From contig CALSCP010000038.1 of assembly GCA_943704425.1 (NCBI GenBank), positions 1 through 51,136 of the forward strand: 51,136 bases of DNA, in the 5' to 3' direction. The notes beneath the pieces are model-generated. The model was not told the origin of the DNA. It ran no database searches and saw only the letters and a list, made by a program, of their open reading frames with translations. Positions 10,813-24,223 of this stretch are shown piece after piece. A program made the position numbers and the translations under genes. Each line of letters starts with the position of its first letter. Position 1 is the first letter of the stretch. This stretch comes from Ministeria vibrans ATCC 50519 (taxonomy: Eukaryota; Protista; Filasterea).

Positions 10813-13305
10813 ATGGAATCCGAATCATTCCAGCCGACGCAGGTGCGTTGTTGTTTGTTGTCCATCGACAAAGCACTCTCCTCGAAGCATCGCTTTGCCC
10901 CTGGGCAAGACACAACCTCACGACAACTGTTTTTCCATTCAGGAGGTTCCTGACTCTCCGGCGGGCGAAAGCACCGGCGAAGAGCAGCCATGGGGTCGGC
11001 TATTGGCAGCCAAAGGCGATGGAGGCGACACCATAGGTAGGCGCGATTGGGAGTGACGCGAGCGTTTTCTTGCTTCAAACAGGTTTTGACTTGGTTTGTC
11101 CTGCAAAGACCTCTTTCGCGAATCGTACACGCTCGGTCGTCACCACTCGTGCGATTGGATCAGCACCGACCCCGCTGTGAGCAACAGGCACTGTCGCATC
11201 TTCCGCGTTCGAAACGACGTATGAAACATTATGGATTTTTTCTTCCTTCTCTCACTCTCAATCTCTCTTCTCGCCTCGCCGTTTGGCCCCACTTCAGAGC
11301 GACTTCTCCACTGTATTTATAGAGGACCTATCGTCGAACGGATCGTATGTCAACGAGAAGGCAATCGGCAAGAAAAAGGTTTGTGCGCACTCACACTCAG
11401 TCGTTTGCTCACAACACACTCACTCTGCATAGCGCACGGTGCTCCAGCACGGCGACACCATTGCACTCGCACACAAGTCTCGTCGTATCTTTGTCTTCCA
11501 CGACCTCTCCAACCCAACTGCCTCACAGAGCGTCGACTTGCGCTGCCCCGAAATATCAAATCGCTACATTGTCAAGGATGTGTTGGGCACGGTAAGGCGC
11601 ATTTTGATTAATCTACCGCGCCCTCACCTCTCTTCATTCTACACAATAGGGTGCCACGGGGGAAGTACGACTTGCAATTCACCGTGAAACGGGCGAACGA
11701 TATGCACTAAAGATTGTGCGCAAACAAAAATTGGGACCTGTCGGGCGCGACTCGCGCATCAAACGCGCAGTACTCAACGAAGGACGGCTCTTGAGCGACC
11801 TCAGACACCCGTGTGTCATTCGCATGCAGGTAATTACTCTCCTCCTCCTCCTCCTTTTTAAAAAAACAAAACACGACACAAATATGCAATTCCGTATCCT
11901 ATGCAGGAGGTGATTGAGACGGAGGACACACTCTTTATGATGTTGGAGTATGTGTCGGGGGGTGAGCTGTTTACAATGATTAGTCGCGAAGGAAGCTTTG
12001 CCGAGTCGGAAGCCAAGTTTCTGTTCTACCAAATGCTCAAAGGAGTGGAATATTTGCATGCGAAGGGCATTACGCACCGCGATCTAAAGCCCGAAAACAT
12101 CCTTTTGTCCTTTGTGCATGTCGGCTCAGAGAATGACATGTTGGTACGGGGGCATTGTGACAGAGATAGAGAGAGAGTGAGAGAGAGGAGAGAGAGAAAA
12201 AAACGATCTGATAGAGGGAAAGAGAGATGTTGTTGAGAGGCAAAGGAGTGAGAGAGACAAGAACGTATTATTAACGATTGTGATTATGATTATTATCCTT
12301 TGCAGGTGAAGATTACCGACTTTGGACTGGGCAAATTTGTGGGAAATCAGTCGCTGATGAAAACTCTCTGCGGCACTCCTTCGTATCTGGCGCCTGAAGT
12401 GCTCGACGGTACACTATTCACTTTCACTCGTCTGTCCTCACACTCTCACTCACTCACTCACTCACTTCCTCTCTTGTGTCTTCATTGTCGGCTCACTTTA
12501 CACTCACCACTACTGCACCACCAGTCTCTGTGAAGGGATCGTATGACAAGGTGGTTGACTGCTGGTCACTTGGTGTGCTCTTGTTTGTTTCGCTCTGTGG
12601 CTATCCTCCTTTCTCCGACGAACTCAGAGTACATTCATCAGCAATCCAAAAAAAAAAAACATCATTTCCATTCATTAATTGTTGATCTGTAGCCATCACT
12701 CAACGAACAAATCCGTCGTGGACTCTACGAGTTTCATCCGCGCTACTGGGACAACATTTCCGACGAAGCGAAGGTCTCGAATTCTTCTTTCTTCTTCACC
12801 ATGGCTATTACGATACTAAAATAATATTAATAATTTATAATACTAACAATTATTAATAATGATTATTATTATTAAAACTATAATAATAATTATTATTATT
12901 TTATATAATTATAATCTTTTTGTTTAGGATCTGGTGCGCAAACTAATGACAGTCGACTGGCGAAAACGAGCAACAGTCACCGACGCACTAGCTCACCCAT
13001 GGATGAAGGACGACCGTCTTATTCTACGTGCCAGACGCCTCTTCGACGCAGTCTCATTACTTCCACACCACGACCAGCCTGTCACCAACACCAACGCGTC
13101 CTCCTTGTCACCAGCTGCATCACCCGTAGACGTCTCCTCCTCAATCAGTGCATCATCCGTTGTGCCCACTGTCAAACCCGTCGTCGCCAATCGTTCCGTC
13201 AAGCGTCCTCGTCCCGCTTCTGCTGCCGCTGCTGCATCCGCTTCCCCTGCGCCTCTCCGCACCCCCTTTAAGAAGCCGCGTCCCCTCTCCGGCTCCCCTC
13301 AATAA
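10813..13305 (+). CDS. CHEK2: Checkpoint kinase Chk2/Cds1-like (FHA + Ser/Thr kinase), multi-exon
   Basis: PTQE and PWGRL; FHA motifs [18 protein letters not shown] and [11 protein letters not shown]. Kinase motifs [40 protein letters not shown] and GYPPFSD. Confidence 0.88.
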
Positions 13306-13362
13306 AATTCTCATTGTACATTCAAATGTTGCCCTCCAACCACCCCTCTCACACGCTCAAGC

Positions 13363-13730
13363 TCACTTCTCATGGACCAACTTGCGCCAAAACAGCACGA
13401 GTCCGCCCTCGTCACTGCTCGCCATCCAGTCCCCATTGGACGACCAACTCACATCCAACACCTAAGCCACCCACCCAATAAGCACAATCAATTTCTCCCT
13501 CTCTCTTTCTTTCTTACCGTAATCGCATGGCCATGCAGTCTCGCAATGGGTTCCTCTGAAGAATTCCGCAAATCAAATACACTCACAAACTTATCTTCTC
13601 CTCCAGACACTGCAAAGAAACCGAAAAAACAAAAGAAAAAACAAAAAGAAAATCAGTCTTGACGCCTTTCTCTCATTAAAACCACTGTATTTCTTTCTCC
13701 CTCCTTTCTCCATCATTTAGTTTCTTTCTC

Positions 13731-13769
<39 letters not shown>

Positions 13770-15662
13770 GGATATTTGCAATACCAATAATGTTTCCCGG
13801 TCCAAACGCACTTCTGACTGCTGCACTTTCGTGGCGAGTCACCAGAACCTTTGCTTCCGACAGCGTCCCCATATTATGGTCAACCCTATGAATCACACAC
13901 AAAAAAAAACAATGTCACTTGGCGTCTCACTCACTCTCACTCACTCTCACCTGAAGAGAACCGCGCGTGAGTCGCGATACGACGCAAGCAGAAGGGCATC
14001 AACCTCGCCACCCAGATTGCGTCGCTGGTACGACAGCGCAGCCACACAAGGCGATGGCAGCGCAATAAGACACATTCGCTTAAGTGTACCCGTCGCATCG
14101 TCAAACGAGAACCACTGTAAAACACCCTAATAAAGAAAAAAAAAAACAAACAAAAAACTGGCGTTAGTGAACCATGGTATACAACTCGCTCCTCTTCTTT
14201 TCTTTGGCACCGATTCAAACCCAACAAAGAGGGCGGCGCCAAAACTGTCAAAGCAGAGGGCAGAGATGGGTGCACGGAAGACAAGCGAGGCAATGATCTT
14301 GCCGGTGCTCAGGTTGCAGACACTGAGTTCACCGCTGAGTGTGCCCACGACAAAGACGTTGTTGTTGCGCGGGTGGAAGCGCGAGCACAGCACGTCACCC
14401 GAGCACAGGTTGATGGAGCGGATGCAGTTTCCGGTAGCGACATCCCACACGCGCGCAGTGCCATCTGCTGATCCCGAGAGCAGTCGCTCGCTCGACACCG
14501 ACCACTCCAGGTCATGAATGGCACCCGTGTGACCCTTGAGTGCATGGACACGCTGCAGCTGCCCGTCCTCGAGCGACACCACCGAGATGGTCCCGTCGCG
14601 ACTGCCACATGCCACCAAATGATTCACTGCATTGGCAAAGCACACACGTCCCACCGCCTGTAAATGCTCATGGTACTTGTGTACCAGCGACACACCCACT
14701 CCTGCACCAACTTCGTGGCGTGCACTCGCGGTGCTGCTGCTCACGGACGTGTGCTCGCCCGTGCCCTTGCTCGTCCACGACCCCGATGCACTACTCGCCT
14801 TCCTTGGCGACACAACACCAATATTACCACCACCACCACCACCACCACCACCACCACCACTGCCCATCACGCCGCCTGTGGTTGCCGCTGTAGCTGATGT
14901 CGTGGCGCTTGCGGGACCCGATGGCAGCTGCCCAATGCCCGAGCTGTTGAGCTCCTGCAACAACATTTGCACTTGCTTCTGCAGCGACTCGTTATGCTAC
15001 AGTGCAAAAAGAAGCGGGTTCAACATTTTGAAGAGCACTCCAAGGACGAACGAACCTTTTCCAACGCCGCTATTCTTGCCGTCTTCTGCTGCGACGCATT
15101 TCGCAACCGTTGGATCTTCTCCGTCTTGTCCGCATTGGCCTGGCGCAAACCATCGAGCTGCGCCTGTACCTCAAGCTCCGAGCCGCTCGTCACGTCGCCA
15201 ACACCCTGGTGCTCGGCAAAGGCATTCTCCACCTGCACGAGGTGCTCGCGATGCTGCATTTCGCGCTGGCGCAACTGCTCTTCCAGATGGAAGACCGCCT
15301 CGTCGCGATCCGCCAGTGCCGACGACAGGCGACTCTTTTCCGCATTGCCGCTTTGCAAGGCCTGTCTCAACTGCTTCGCAGACTTCCTCAGCGACTCGCA
15401 TTCCGTCTCGGCAGCCGCTAATCGCGCCTGACACGAACTTAGAGTCTGCAAGAAATGGATTTTTTTTCTCGCTCGTTCATCTTCGATCGTCAGCGATTCC
15501 GTTCGTACCTCAACAGAAGAAGCACTGCGTGGGCGCAGCGGCGATAGCGACGGAGATGAAGGGGTGTCTGCAGGCAAAGAGAGGCACCGAGGGAGCGCGA
15601 GAGCGCGAGAGAAAGACTCCACTGTTCAAACACTTCCGATTTCGAATCCTTTTCTTACCCAT
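13363..15662 (-). CDS. Coiled-coil + WD40-repeat protein (WDR13-like), multi-exon
   Basis: RVCFAN..ACGSRDG, LKGHTGAIHDLEWS, FHPRNNNVFVVG..NLSTGK and LHGH..VLDVSWS..ASSDEGGLVLFW follow the remembered WDR13 pattern. N-terminal heptad exons are joined by GT-AG introns. Confidence 0.75.
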
Positions 15663-15881
15663 TGCGACAGGGCGGACCGGTTAACGAGTGCAGAAGAAAA
15701 CAGAGAAGCAATTGGCCTCAAAAGTGGCAAGAGAGGGCGATAGAACAAAACTGATTAGTGATAAGTGATTGTTCTTAAATCTTAACTCTTAAGTCATCAC
15801 CAGTCAAAAAATAATACTATAATTCAAACTATTGTATTCCGTTAAAATAAAAAAGTCTCTTTGTTGGAGCTCTCTGAAAGA

Positions 15882-18800
15882 TCACTTGGCAAAGTTTGCA
15901 AGCGCAAGACTCCTCTCGGCAACCGCAAGAAAATGGTGAGAGGCGTCCGCCGAGACTGGGATGGTCAGGTCCGCCGAGCCCAAACCCGCAGCTGTGGCAG
16001 TCACTACAATGTCGACAAGGGGCAGTGGAGCGCGAGGGTCAGACACACGCGTGCCCGCCGTGTGCTTGTCCACAAAGAGCATGCGCTCGCGCAGACGCGC
16101 CGTTGTCGCGTGGTCCTCAGTGACTTGCACAAGACAGCGCGCAAGGCCGTGAAACGTCGTGTGTTTGTTGCCCTTGTTGTTCTCGTGCGCTCGCGGATCC
16201 CCATTGCCAACGCCCACTAGACGTCCCGGGCCACTCTTGATCGCAAATTCAATTTCAACGTCGCCTCCGTCGCGCACCAAATGACCCTGTGCGTCCACCA
16301 CACTTACTCGAATCATCGCCACGTCCAGACCGTCCGCATACAAATGTGTGCCTGTCCCTGTGGCCACACTCGGCACATCAAGCCCCAACCGCAGTGTCTT
16401 GCCCGTATCCACACGCGTAAACACCGAGTGTGTAGCCGACACAGCACCAGTGTCGTCCGTCGCAACTGCAGTCAGATTGCCCGGTGCAAACTGCACAGTG
16501 AAAGCCGCACCACCATAGTACGGCACAGACTGCACGCCAACACTCGCCCCATTCAGCAGCAGCTCCACCTTTGGCGAGGCACTGTACACATGTACCGTTC
16601 GCTTCGTATCGCCCTCTGTCTCCCATCCTTCCACAATATGCACTAGCGGCTGCGGTCCCACTGGCGGGCGATCCCACGCCGTCTCCTTTACCGCACTCAA
16701 CCACCATGACCGATACCAGTACACAGCAGCCTTAGCAAAGCCGCTGAGGTCAAACGAGCCAAACGACGACGAGCGATGCGGCCTAACAGTACATAAAAAG
16801 AAGAAAAGGGAGATAAAACGGAAAAATTAGCAATTGAGAGAGCTTGAGAGTGAGTGAGAGAAAGAACAAAATATGGGGAAAATATATCAAAAGTATCTTA
16901 CCATCCGTTGCAACAGGGTTCGCCGTAATAGTCAAAGAGAGTCCACACAAAGGTTCCCGAGACAAACTCTCGCGAGTAGGAGTAATTGGTTTGACTCGAG
17001 ACACACGCGAGATTGTTATTGGCGAGTGTCTGACCCGCAGGATCCGATGCATTGGCAACATCCACAGCACGCATTGTAGTGCACGAACAGCACTCGGAGG
17101 CACACACTGGCTTGAACGGGAACTGCTGGTGAAACGTATCAAATTCACTTGCGGGTTTGTGCGAAAATCCTGAGCGTAGAGAAGGTGTGTGAGAGAATGA
17201 TTCGAGAATGATTGGAAAATGATTGGAAAATGATTGGAAAATATTCGAAAATGATTGGAAAATATTCGAGAATGATTGGAAAACGATTGGAAAATATTCG
17301 AAAATGATTGGAAAATATTCAAGAATGATTGGAAAATGATTGGAAAACGATTGGAAAATATTCGAAAATGATTGAAAAATATTCGAAAATGATTGAAAAT
17401 ACCTTGAATATCAATGGTGTTCCCTAGCTCGTCGTTGAAAGAGAACATGTTGGCCAGAGTAGAGCGCGACGGATCAAAGTGCTTAGTGATCTCCTGGAAG
17501 GCAGCAGCGCCGTCCTGCAACTGACCAGAGCAGCCCGCCTCGTTGCAAAAGGACCAAATAAAGATGGAAGCGTGGTGGCGGTCGCGACGGACCATATCGC
17601 CCATGTTGGTCACTAGGGAAAGACAAAAAAATGAATAAAAAAAAACAAAAAAAAACAGTGAGTTGGGGACATGAACAAAAGATGTGTGGTACCATAGGCT
17701 GTGACATTGCCAAAGAGACGGTTTTCCTCCATGACGATGACGCCAACGCGGTCGTAGATGTCGAGCAGCGCCGGATCGGCTGGGTTGTGCGACGTGCGGC
17801 GTGCATTGCCGCCCACGGAGCGCAGCGACTGCGCCCGGTAGAGATTGACGCGCGGCGGGACGGCCATGCCGACGCCTGCAAAGCTCGCGTGGTCACAGAA
17901 CCCGCGCACTTTAATGGGCTCTGCGTTAAGGCTGAACCCGGTCTGACCGCTAAACTCGGGTGCAGACATACCCAGTGTCTGGTTGAGCGAGTCTAGAACC
18001 ATCATGGTCGCAGAGTCCAACACAGAGACGTGCACTTGATGGAGGTAAGGGCGAGGTATGGACCACAGCTCAATTGCATTCGCAACCGGACTCATTCGCT
18101 ACGGAAAACACACAATGACATAAGATCAATAGGTTGTATGGCATGGCTGTACGGAGCAGTGGAGAAGAGCGGTTGCGCCTGCACCGTCGACAGTCGTGTG
18201 GTCCTGGCCTGAGGCGACGAGGGTCCCCGTGGCGTCGGTGATGGCACAGCGGAGAGAGAGCGAGCGCGGGTGAGGGTTGTTGTTGCGCGCAATGACTTCC
18301 ACGTCAAATGCAAGCGTTGCCGTGGTAGCTGTCGACCCCTTGCTCGGCTCACTGGCACTGTGTGCGGTGTATGGGCCTTGCAGACCACTGTACATGGTGT
18401 GCAGTGAGTCGGAGACGATGTGTCCGCCCGCTGATGTGCTGATGAGCGACACGTCGCGATAGATGCCACCGCCCTCGTACCACCAGCCACTGCCGGTAAG
18501 CGCGTCGACAAAGAGAGCAATCACATTGGCTTCAACGTCCCCATTGCGTCCGTACGTGATGTTGGGAAGGTTGTCGACACGCACGTCAAAGGAGGTGTAG
18601 CCGCAGGTGTGTGTGCCGACCATGGAGGGCTGGCCGTTGATCCAGGCGTACGATTCGCGAAAGACACCCTCAAAGCGCAGCGTAATGGTGGTGCCCTTCC
18701 ACTCCTCCGGAAGATAAAAGTGTTTGCGGTACCAGCCAGAGGAGCGCGGCAAGTACGAGCGCCCACTGCCCGGTTGCGTTGCGTCGTAGTCGTTGCCAAT

Positions 18801-19371
18801 AATAAAGTCGTGCGGCACGTCCACCAGCGGCCAAGCAGTGTCATCATAGTCCCACGCGGCTTGCGGCTGCATCGGGGGAATGGGCGGCGAGGGTGCCGTC
18901 GAGCGGCCGCCGCCCTGCCACGCCTGACTGGGCTGCGCACAGTTGGACGACTGCCCAATCCAACAGCCGAGCTTCGGGTCGCTTGCAGGGCTGGCAAACT
19001 GCCAAATGTTGCATCCTTCCTGGTTGCAACAAAAGCTCATGCAGTCGTCGACGCTGGAAGGGAGGAAGAGGCGTCAGGAGAGGGGGAGGGCAACACACAA
19101 ACACACACAAACACACACAAACAAACACACACAAACACGGCGACAGAACAACGTACGTTTGGGCCACGCCAACATGGTTCAGGCCCATGCATTCGACACC
19201 CGTGAGGTTCGTTGGGAACGTGTGTGGCTTGCACGGCGTTGGCGTTGGCTGCGACGTCGAAAACTTCCATCCAAAGTCAAAGTTTACCACTTCACGATCA
19301 GCCACAATCGGACCGGTGCACGCAGCAATCACTGCGCTCACAATGAGAAGACGAATGCCACCCACCATCAT
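15882..19371 (-). CDS. Secreted GH2 glycosidase (beta-galactosidase-like), multi-exon
   Basis: Signal peptide, NFDFGWKF, DVPHDF, GWYRKHF, LRFEGVF, GWWYEGGGIYRDV, RTSHNP, RDRHHASIFIWSFCNE (acid/base), SECCS, WTLFDYYGEP and VGNGDP. Confidence 0.92.
17195..17400. repeat. Intronic minisatellite (GAAAATGATTG/GAAAATATTC 10-11-bp units)
   Basis: Visible tandem units filling a GH2 intron. Confidence 0.9.
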
Positions 19372-19446
19372 CAACTTATTTGATCTTCCAACTTCTAATA
19401 TTCTAAATTCTAAAATAATATATTTTTGTCTTTTGTCTTTGCAAAT

Positions 19447-20298
19447 ATGGATGCTCATAGCGCATTCAAGCTGCTCACGTCGGGAACACGCTTTAAGCGA
19501 GCGGGACCTGCGGTGGCCAAGGAGAAGAAGGCCCTGCCAGCAGGTGAGTTTGGGGCTCGTTCTTTGCACGTTCGCTCATCGCCCCGCGTTGCGCACGCCG
19601 CGTAGATGCACCCGCCGTCGACTTCTTTGCGGACGTGGGGGCGGGCAGCGGGGAGAAGAAGAGCAAGGAGAAGAAGCGGCCGCATGAGGCGTCGTCGTCG
19701 GAGGCAGACGCGGCGGCGGCGGCAGAGGCGGCGTCCCACGCTGACAAGGTGCCGTCCCCTCCCCTCCCCCTTGCACGCACTCCCACACTCACCCTTCCAT
19801 TGGTCCTTGTTGCTCTCTTTCCCCCTTCTGCTTGTAGCGCCAGTCGAAGAAGGCCAAGAAGAGCGCAGGAAGCACCGTACGCAGTCTCGTCCGTCCGTCC
19901 GTCCGTCCGTCGTGCGTCGTCGCTCACTCGTGTGTCTCCGTAGGAATCCGTCGCTGAATATCGCGCGAGTCAGAGGCTTCATGTCAAGGGAACCGATGTT
20001 CCCGCTCCAAGCAAGACCTTTGCGGAGATGTGGGTAAGTGGCAGAAACGGAATCACAGCGCAGAATGAACAGATTCCACCTCACCTGTGCACAGGAACGA
20101 TTTGGCGTGGCCAAGTTTTTACAGACCAACATCAACAATGCGGGCTACACAAAGCCGACGCCGATCCAACAGCAAGCGGCAAGCGCCATGATGATGGGCC
20201 GCGACGTGGTCGGCGTGGCGCCCACTGGCTCGGGCAAGACGGCCGCCTTTCTCATTCCCATTCTGCACACACTCACCAAAACCAAAAAGGTTCTCTCT

Positions 20299-20334
<36 letters not shown>

Positions 20335-21872
20335 TATGCTTGAACGCGTGTGTAGGAGAAAATAAGTGGAATCCATGCCATTATTGTGTCGCCGACACGC
20401 GAACTGGCACGACAGATCCACCAAGAGCTGACGAAACTGTCGGTGGGGCGACGGCTCAAGACAGTGTTGCTGACCAAGGCGACTGCAGCGGGCGAGATGG
20501 GGGCACACAGTGCAGGGTCGGGGATTGACGTGCTTGTGGCGACGCCCTTGCGTTTGCTCAATTTGCTTGAGTCGGGCGAAGTGCGTCTGAAGAACTCACA
20601 GTGGCTTGTGCTCGACGAAGCAGACAAGTTGTTTAGCGAGCGGTTTGTGGAGCAGACAGACGCACTCATAGCACATGCGAGTGGGGCGCAACAAGAAAAG
20701 CGCGACGGACTGCTGCGACGAGGGCTCTTCTCAGCAACCATGCCACCGCTGGTGGAGGAGATGGCGGCTACCTTCATGGTGGATCCGGTCGTGGTGAGTG
20801 TGGGGGAGCGGGGCGCTGCGAGCAGCACTGTGCACCAGCGACTGCTCTTTGTGGGGCGCGAGGAGGGCAAGCTGTTGGCAATGCGCCAGTTGATCAGAGA
20901 CGTATGCCAAACAATGTGTGTGCTTAGTGTGTGTGCTTAGTGTGTGCTTAGTGTGTGTGCTTAGTGTGTGTGCTTAGTGTGTGTGCTTAGTGTGTGTGCT
21001 TAGTGTGTGTGTGTGCTTAGTGTGTGTGTGTGAGCGAACGTGATTGACATGCGTCCATTCTATGTTTTCTTTTTCTTTCTCTCTCTATTCTTCTGTGTAC
21101 CGTCAGGGGATCAAACCGCCCGTGTTGGTCTTTGTACAATCGATTGAGCGTGCCAAGCAGCTCTTCCACGAATTGGTGTACGATGGGCTTTGCGTTGATG
21201 TTATTCACGCTGAGCGCACTCAGGCACAGGTAAACCCCCACCCCCCCACTTGATAGTCCCTTTTGATTCTTGGTTTTTCTTCTTCTTTTCTTCCTTCCTC
21301 CTTTTAGCGCGATTTGATTGTTTCAAATTTCCGACAAGCGAAAATATGGGTTTTGATCACGACGGATCTTTTAGCGCGTGGAATGGACTTCAAAGGAGTG
21401 AACATGGTTGTGAACTACGACTTCCCTCAGTCGGCAGTGAGCTATGTGCATCGAGTGGGGCGCACCGGGAGAGCCGGACGGGCCGGAGAGGCTGTCACTT
21501 TCTTCACGGAGGAGGATAAACCCAATCTGCGGACGTACGAGAGAAGGAGGGAAAGACGCATAGAGGGAGGGAGAGAGAGAGGCAGCGTCTTGATTGATTA
21601 TCCGTTTCTCACTGACTCACACACTGCATGTGTCGTGTAGAATTGCTAATGTGGTTGTGGCAAGTGGCAGTGAGGTCCCTGCATGGATGCTGACGCTCAA
21701 GGCTCCCAACAAGGACACTAAGCGACGTCTGGCACACTCTGCGCCAACTCGTTCACCCATCTACCAGCGCGCACGCGCAGACCGGCAGTTGGCTGCACAT
21801 CGTAAGCAGATGATTAGCGACTCAAAGGCAAAGAGTGACAAGGAGCGCAGCGAAGAAGGAATTGACGCATGA
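19447..21872 (+). CDS. DDX52: DEAD-box RNA helicase DDX52/Rok1, multi-exon
   Basis: [65 protein letters not shown] and [10 protein letters not shown]. Confidence 0.92.
20915..21030. repeat. Intronic (TGTGTGTGCTTAG)n minisatellite
   Basis: About 8 visible units in a DDX52 intron. Confidence 0.9.
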
Positions 21873-21972
21873 CACACGTACAGGAGAAAGAGAGAGATAG
21901 AGAGAGAGAAGAGAAGAGGAGAGGAAGAGAGAGTCGAGTAAAAGAGTGGGTGTACGGTACTATATATCACAT

Positions 21973-22385
21973 TCAAGTGAACTTTTGAACTGCTCTGATT
22001 GCGGGATCAGACTCTGGTGCCTCTGTTTTGGCATGGATAGTCTCAATCTGCTCCAGTGCATCGTCACATAGAGCAGCGCAGTGCTTAAAGTAGTCTCGCT
22101 GAAGAGACGAAGTGAGAAAAAGAAAGAGGGAGCAAGTCAATGAGAAGCAATGCGAGAGCGTCTTAGAGGTAGAGAGTGACTGGTGGGACATTGTAAGAAT
22201 ACCTTTGCGACCAGAAGAGCCTTAAGATGTTCAGTGAGCTCTTCGCGATGGGAACGAGTGCGCTGCATTGCAGTGCGTGCGGCAAACGTCGCTTCAGTGA
22301 ATCCACTCGACGCAATCGACAGCTCTCCTTCCGCCTCGTGAAGTTTCTTCTCCTAACACACACACATAGCGTAAGCAAGACAGGC

Positions 22386-22481
<96 letters not shown>

Positions 22482-23994
22482 CCGCGTGAAACGATAACAA
22501 TCGAGGGAGAAAAAGCAAAAGTGACAGAAGCAAAGTGATAGAGAGGGAGAGAGAACTGACCTCCTTTGGGTTTGTGACGGGCGCTTGCATGACCTTGAGT
22601 GCGTCTCTGCGCACTGCGTCGTAGTACAGTCGCTTGGAGTCGACAGTCTTTGCGCGTGTCAGACAGTCATTGATGTCCGAATCAAGAAACTCAGTCAACG
22701 GATAGACCACTTGAAAGAGAAACACCAGTCAGTCAGTCAAGTAACATACCCAATCACAAAACACTTGTACCATCGTCTCTGATCGCACTGCTCATCAGAA
22801 CATGCGCCAAATGCATTGCATTCATTGTTTTCGCCGTGATGCCACTCGTTTGCCCAAATCGAGTGCGCACAAACTCGTTTTGCTCCGAAACGCGCGTCAG
22901 TGCTTCGGCCATTTGCAACTCAACGCTCGTTTCGACATAGCGCGTCACTGGATCAACCTGTAGCAGAAATCATTCATCAGTAATCACGTGATAATCATAG
23001 CGTTGATCGAGTCTTTGTTTCACCTTTTGCTTCGTGAGCTTCTTCTCGACTTTATCGGACGGACGAATGGCACGCGAAAGGTTCACTGTGAGGTCTTCCA
23101 CTGCGTCCTGCGTGAGCTCAATGGCAAACAGCAGATCGCGATACTCTATCACAAAGAAAGGTTTATGTTTCTGTGACTCTTCTCATGCACACAAAGAGAT
23201 AGGCAGATAGAGACACATATACACACAATTTCTATCTGTCTGTCTCTTTTTCACAAAAAAAGAGTTCCGTTTCCCTGACTCTTCTCGTGCAGACACACAC
23301 ACACAATCTCTCTCTGTCTGTCTCTTTATCACAAAAAAAAGAGTTCCGTTTCCCTGACTCTTCTCGTGCAGACACACACACACAATCTCTCTCTGTCTGT
23401 CTCTTTATCACAAATTATTTCTCTGAATATTCTCGTGCACACACACACAATCTCTCTATCTGTCTGTCTGTCTCTCTGTCAGACAGTCTGTCTCTTGTTT
23501 TTACCTTCGTCAAGTTCTGTCCTTTCAGCGTGTCGGCCAGTCTTCTCGCGCAGGTTCTGGCCCATCTTCTTCATGGCCTTCATCAGACCGTGCTTTCCTT
23601 TGTGGTGCTCAATGGCCGTTGAGACGAGTGAGATTTCCGGACGGGACTCCGACGCCTGTTTGCGCGCCGGAGCCGGCTGGCTCGCTGCCGGTGCCGTGGA
23701 CGATGCAGGCCGTGGCATAGGGACGGGCGCGGTCGCCTTTGCAGCAGCAGGAGCGGCAGAGGACGGCAATTGCGTTTCCGGTGCGACATTCGCATCGTCT
23801 TCCGCTTCGCCTCCTCCAAAAGGCTCCGGTCGTCCTTTCTTCTCAGCAGGCTCAGGCGACTCTTCGTCGTCCACCACAACGTCAGGCTCTGCCTGTTCTT
23901 CAACGATCGGCGCGTCTGCTTCGTCGCCACTGGATGACTAACAAACAGTGCAGAACGATCAATCAACAGAGCGTGGACACGCCAAACGTACCAT
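21973..23994 (-). CDS. Endophilin-type N-BAR protein without SH3, multi-exon
   Basis: GLMKAMKKMGQNLREKTGRHAERTELDE|EY resembles the endophilin H0/helix-1 region; also PLTEFLDSDI..SKRLYYDA and RDYFKHC. ATG-only first exon. Confidence 0.7.
22391..22478. repeat. (GA)n microsatellite, intronic
   Basis: Pure dinucleotide run. Confidence 0.95.
23190..23480. repeat. Intronic tandem duplication of an ~80-bp unit
   Basis: AAAAAAGAGTTCCGTTTCCCTGACTCTTCTCGTGCAGACACACAC...CTCTTTATCAC occurs twice, with partial further copies. Confidence 0.8.
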
Positions 23995-24223
23995 TTGTTA
24001 AAGATCAGTTCTCCACGAGCCGCTAATACAGATGTATCAAATCCCTATCGTATCAAGGGACAATAAAGTGAAATGAATCGACTTATTCGACCCAGAGCAC
24101 AGGAGGAAGGATCTGATCGCACTCTGATCATCATTTTTGACTAATTTCTAACTTTCGTCTCTCAGACACTCAGACTTCTCACTTCAGTTTTATTCTTCGC
24201 ACTCACTCACTCAAACAGAAAAC

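Noticed and set aside
5495-17400. Tandem arrays as CRISPR-like or telomeric repeats
   Set aside because: No unique spacers, no cas genes, eukaryotic intronic location.
16783-17613. 276-aa ORF with FNHFRIF repeats
   Set aside because: Read-through of a GH2 exon into a repeat-filled intron.
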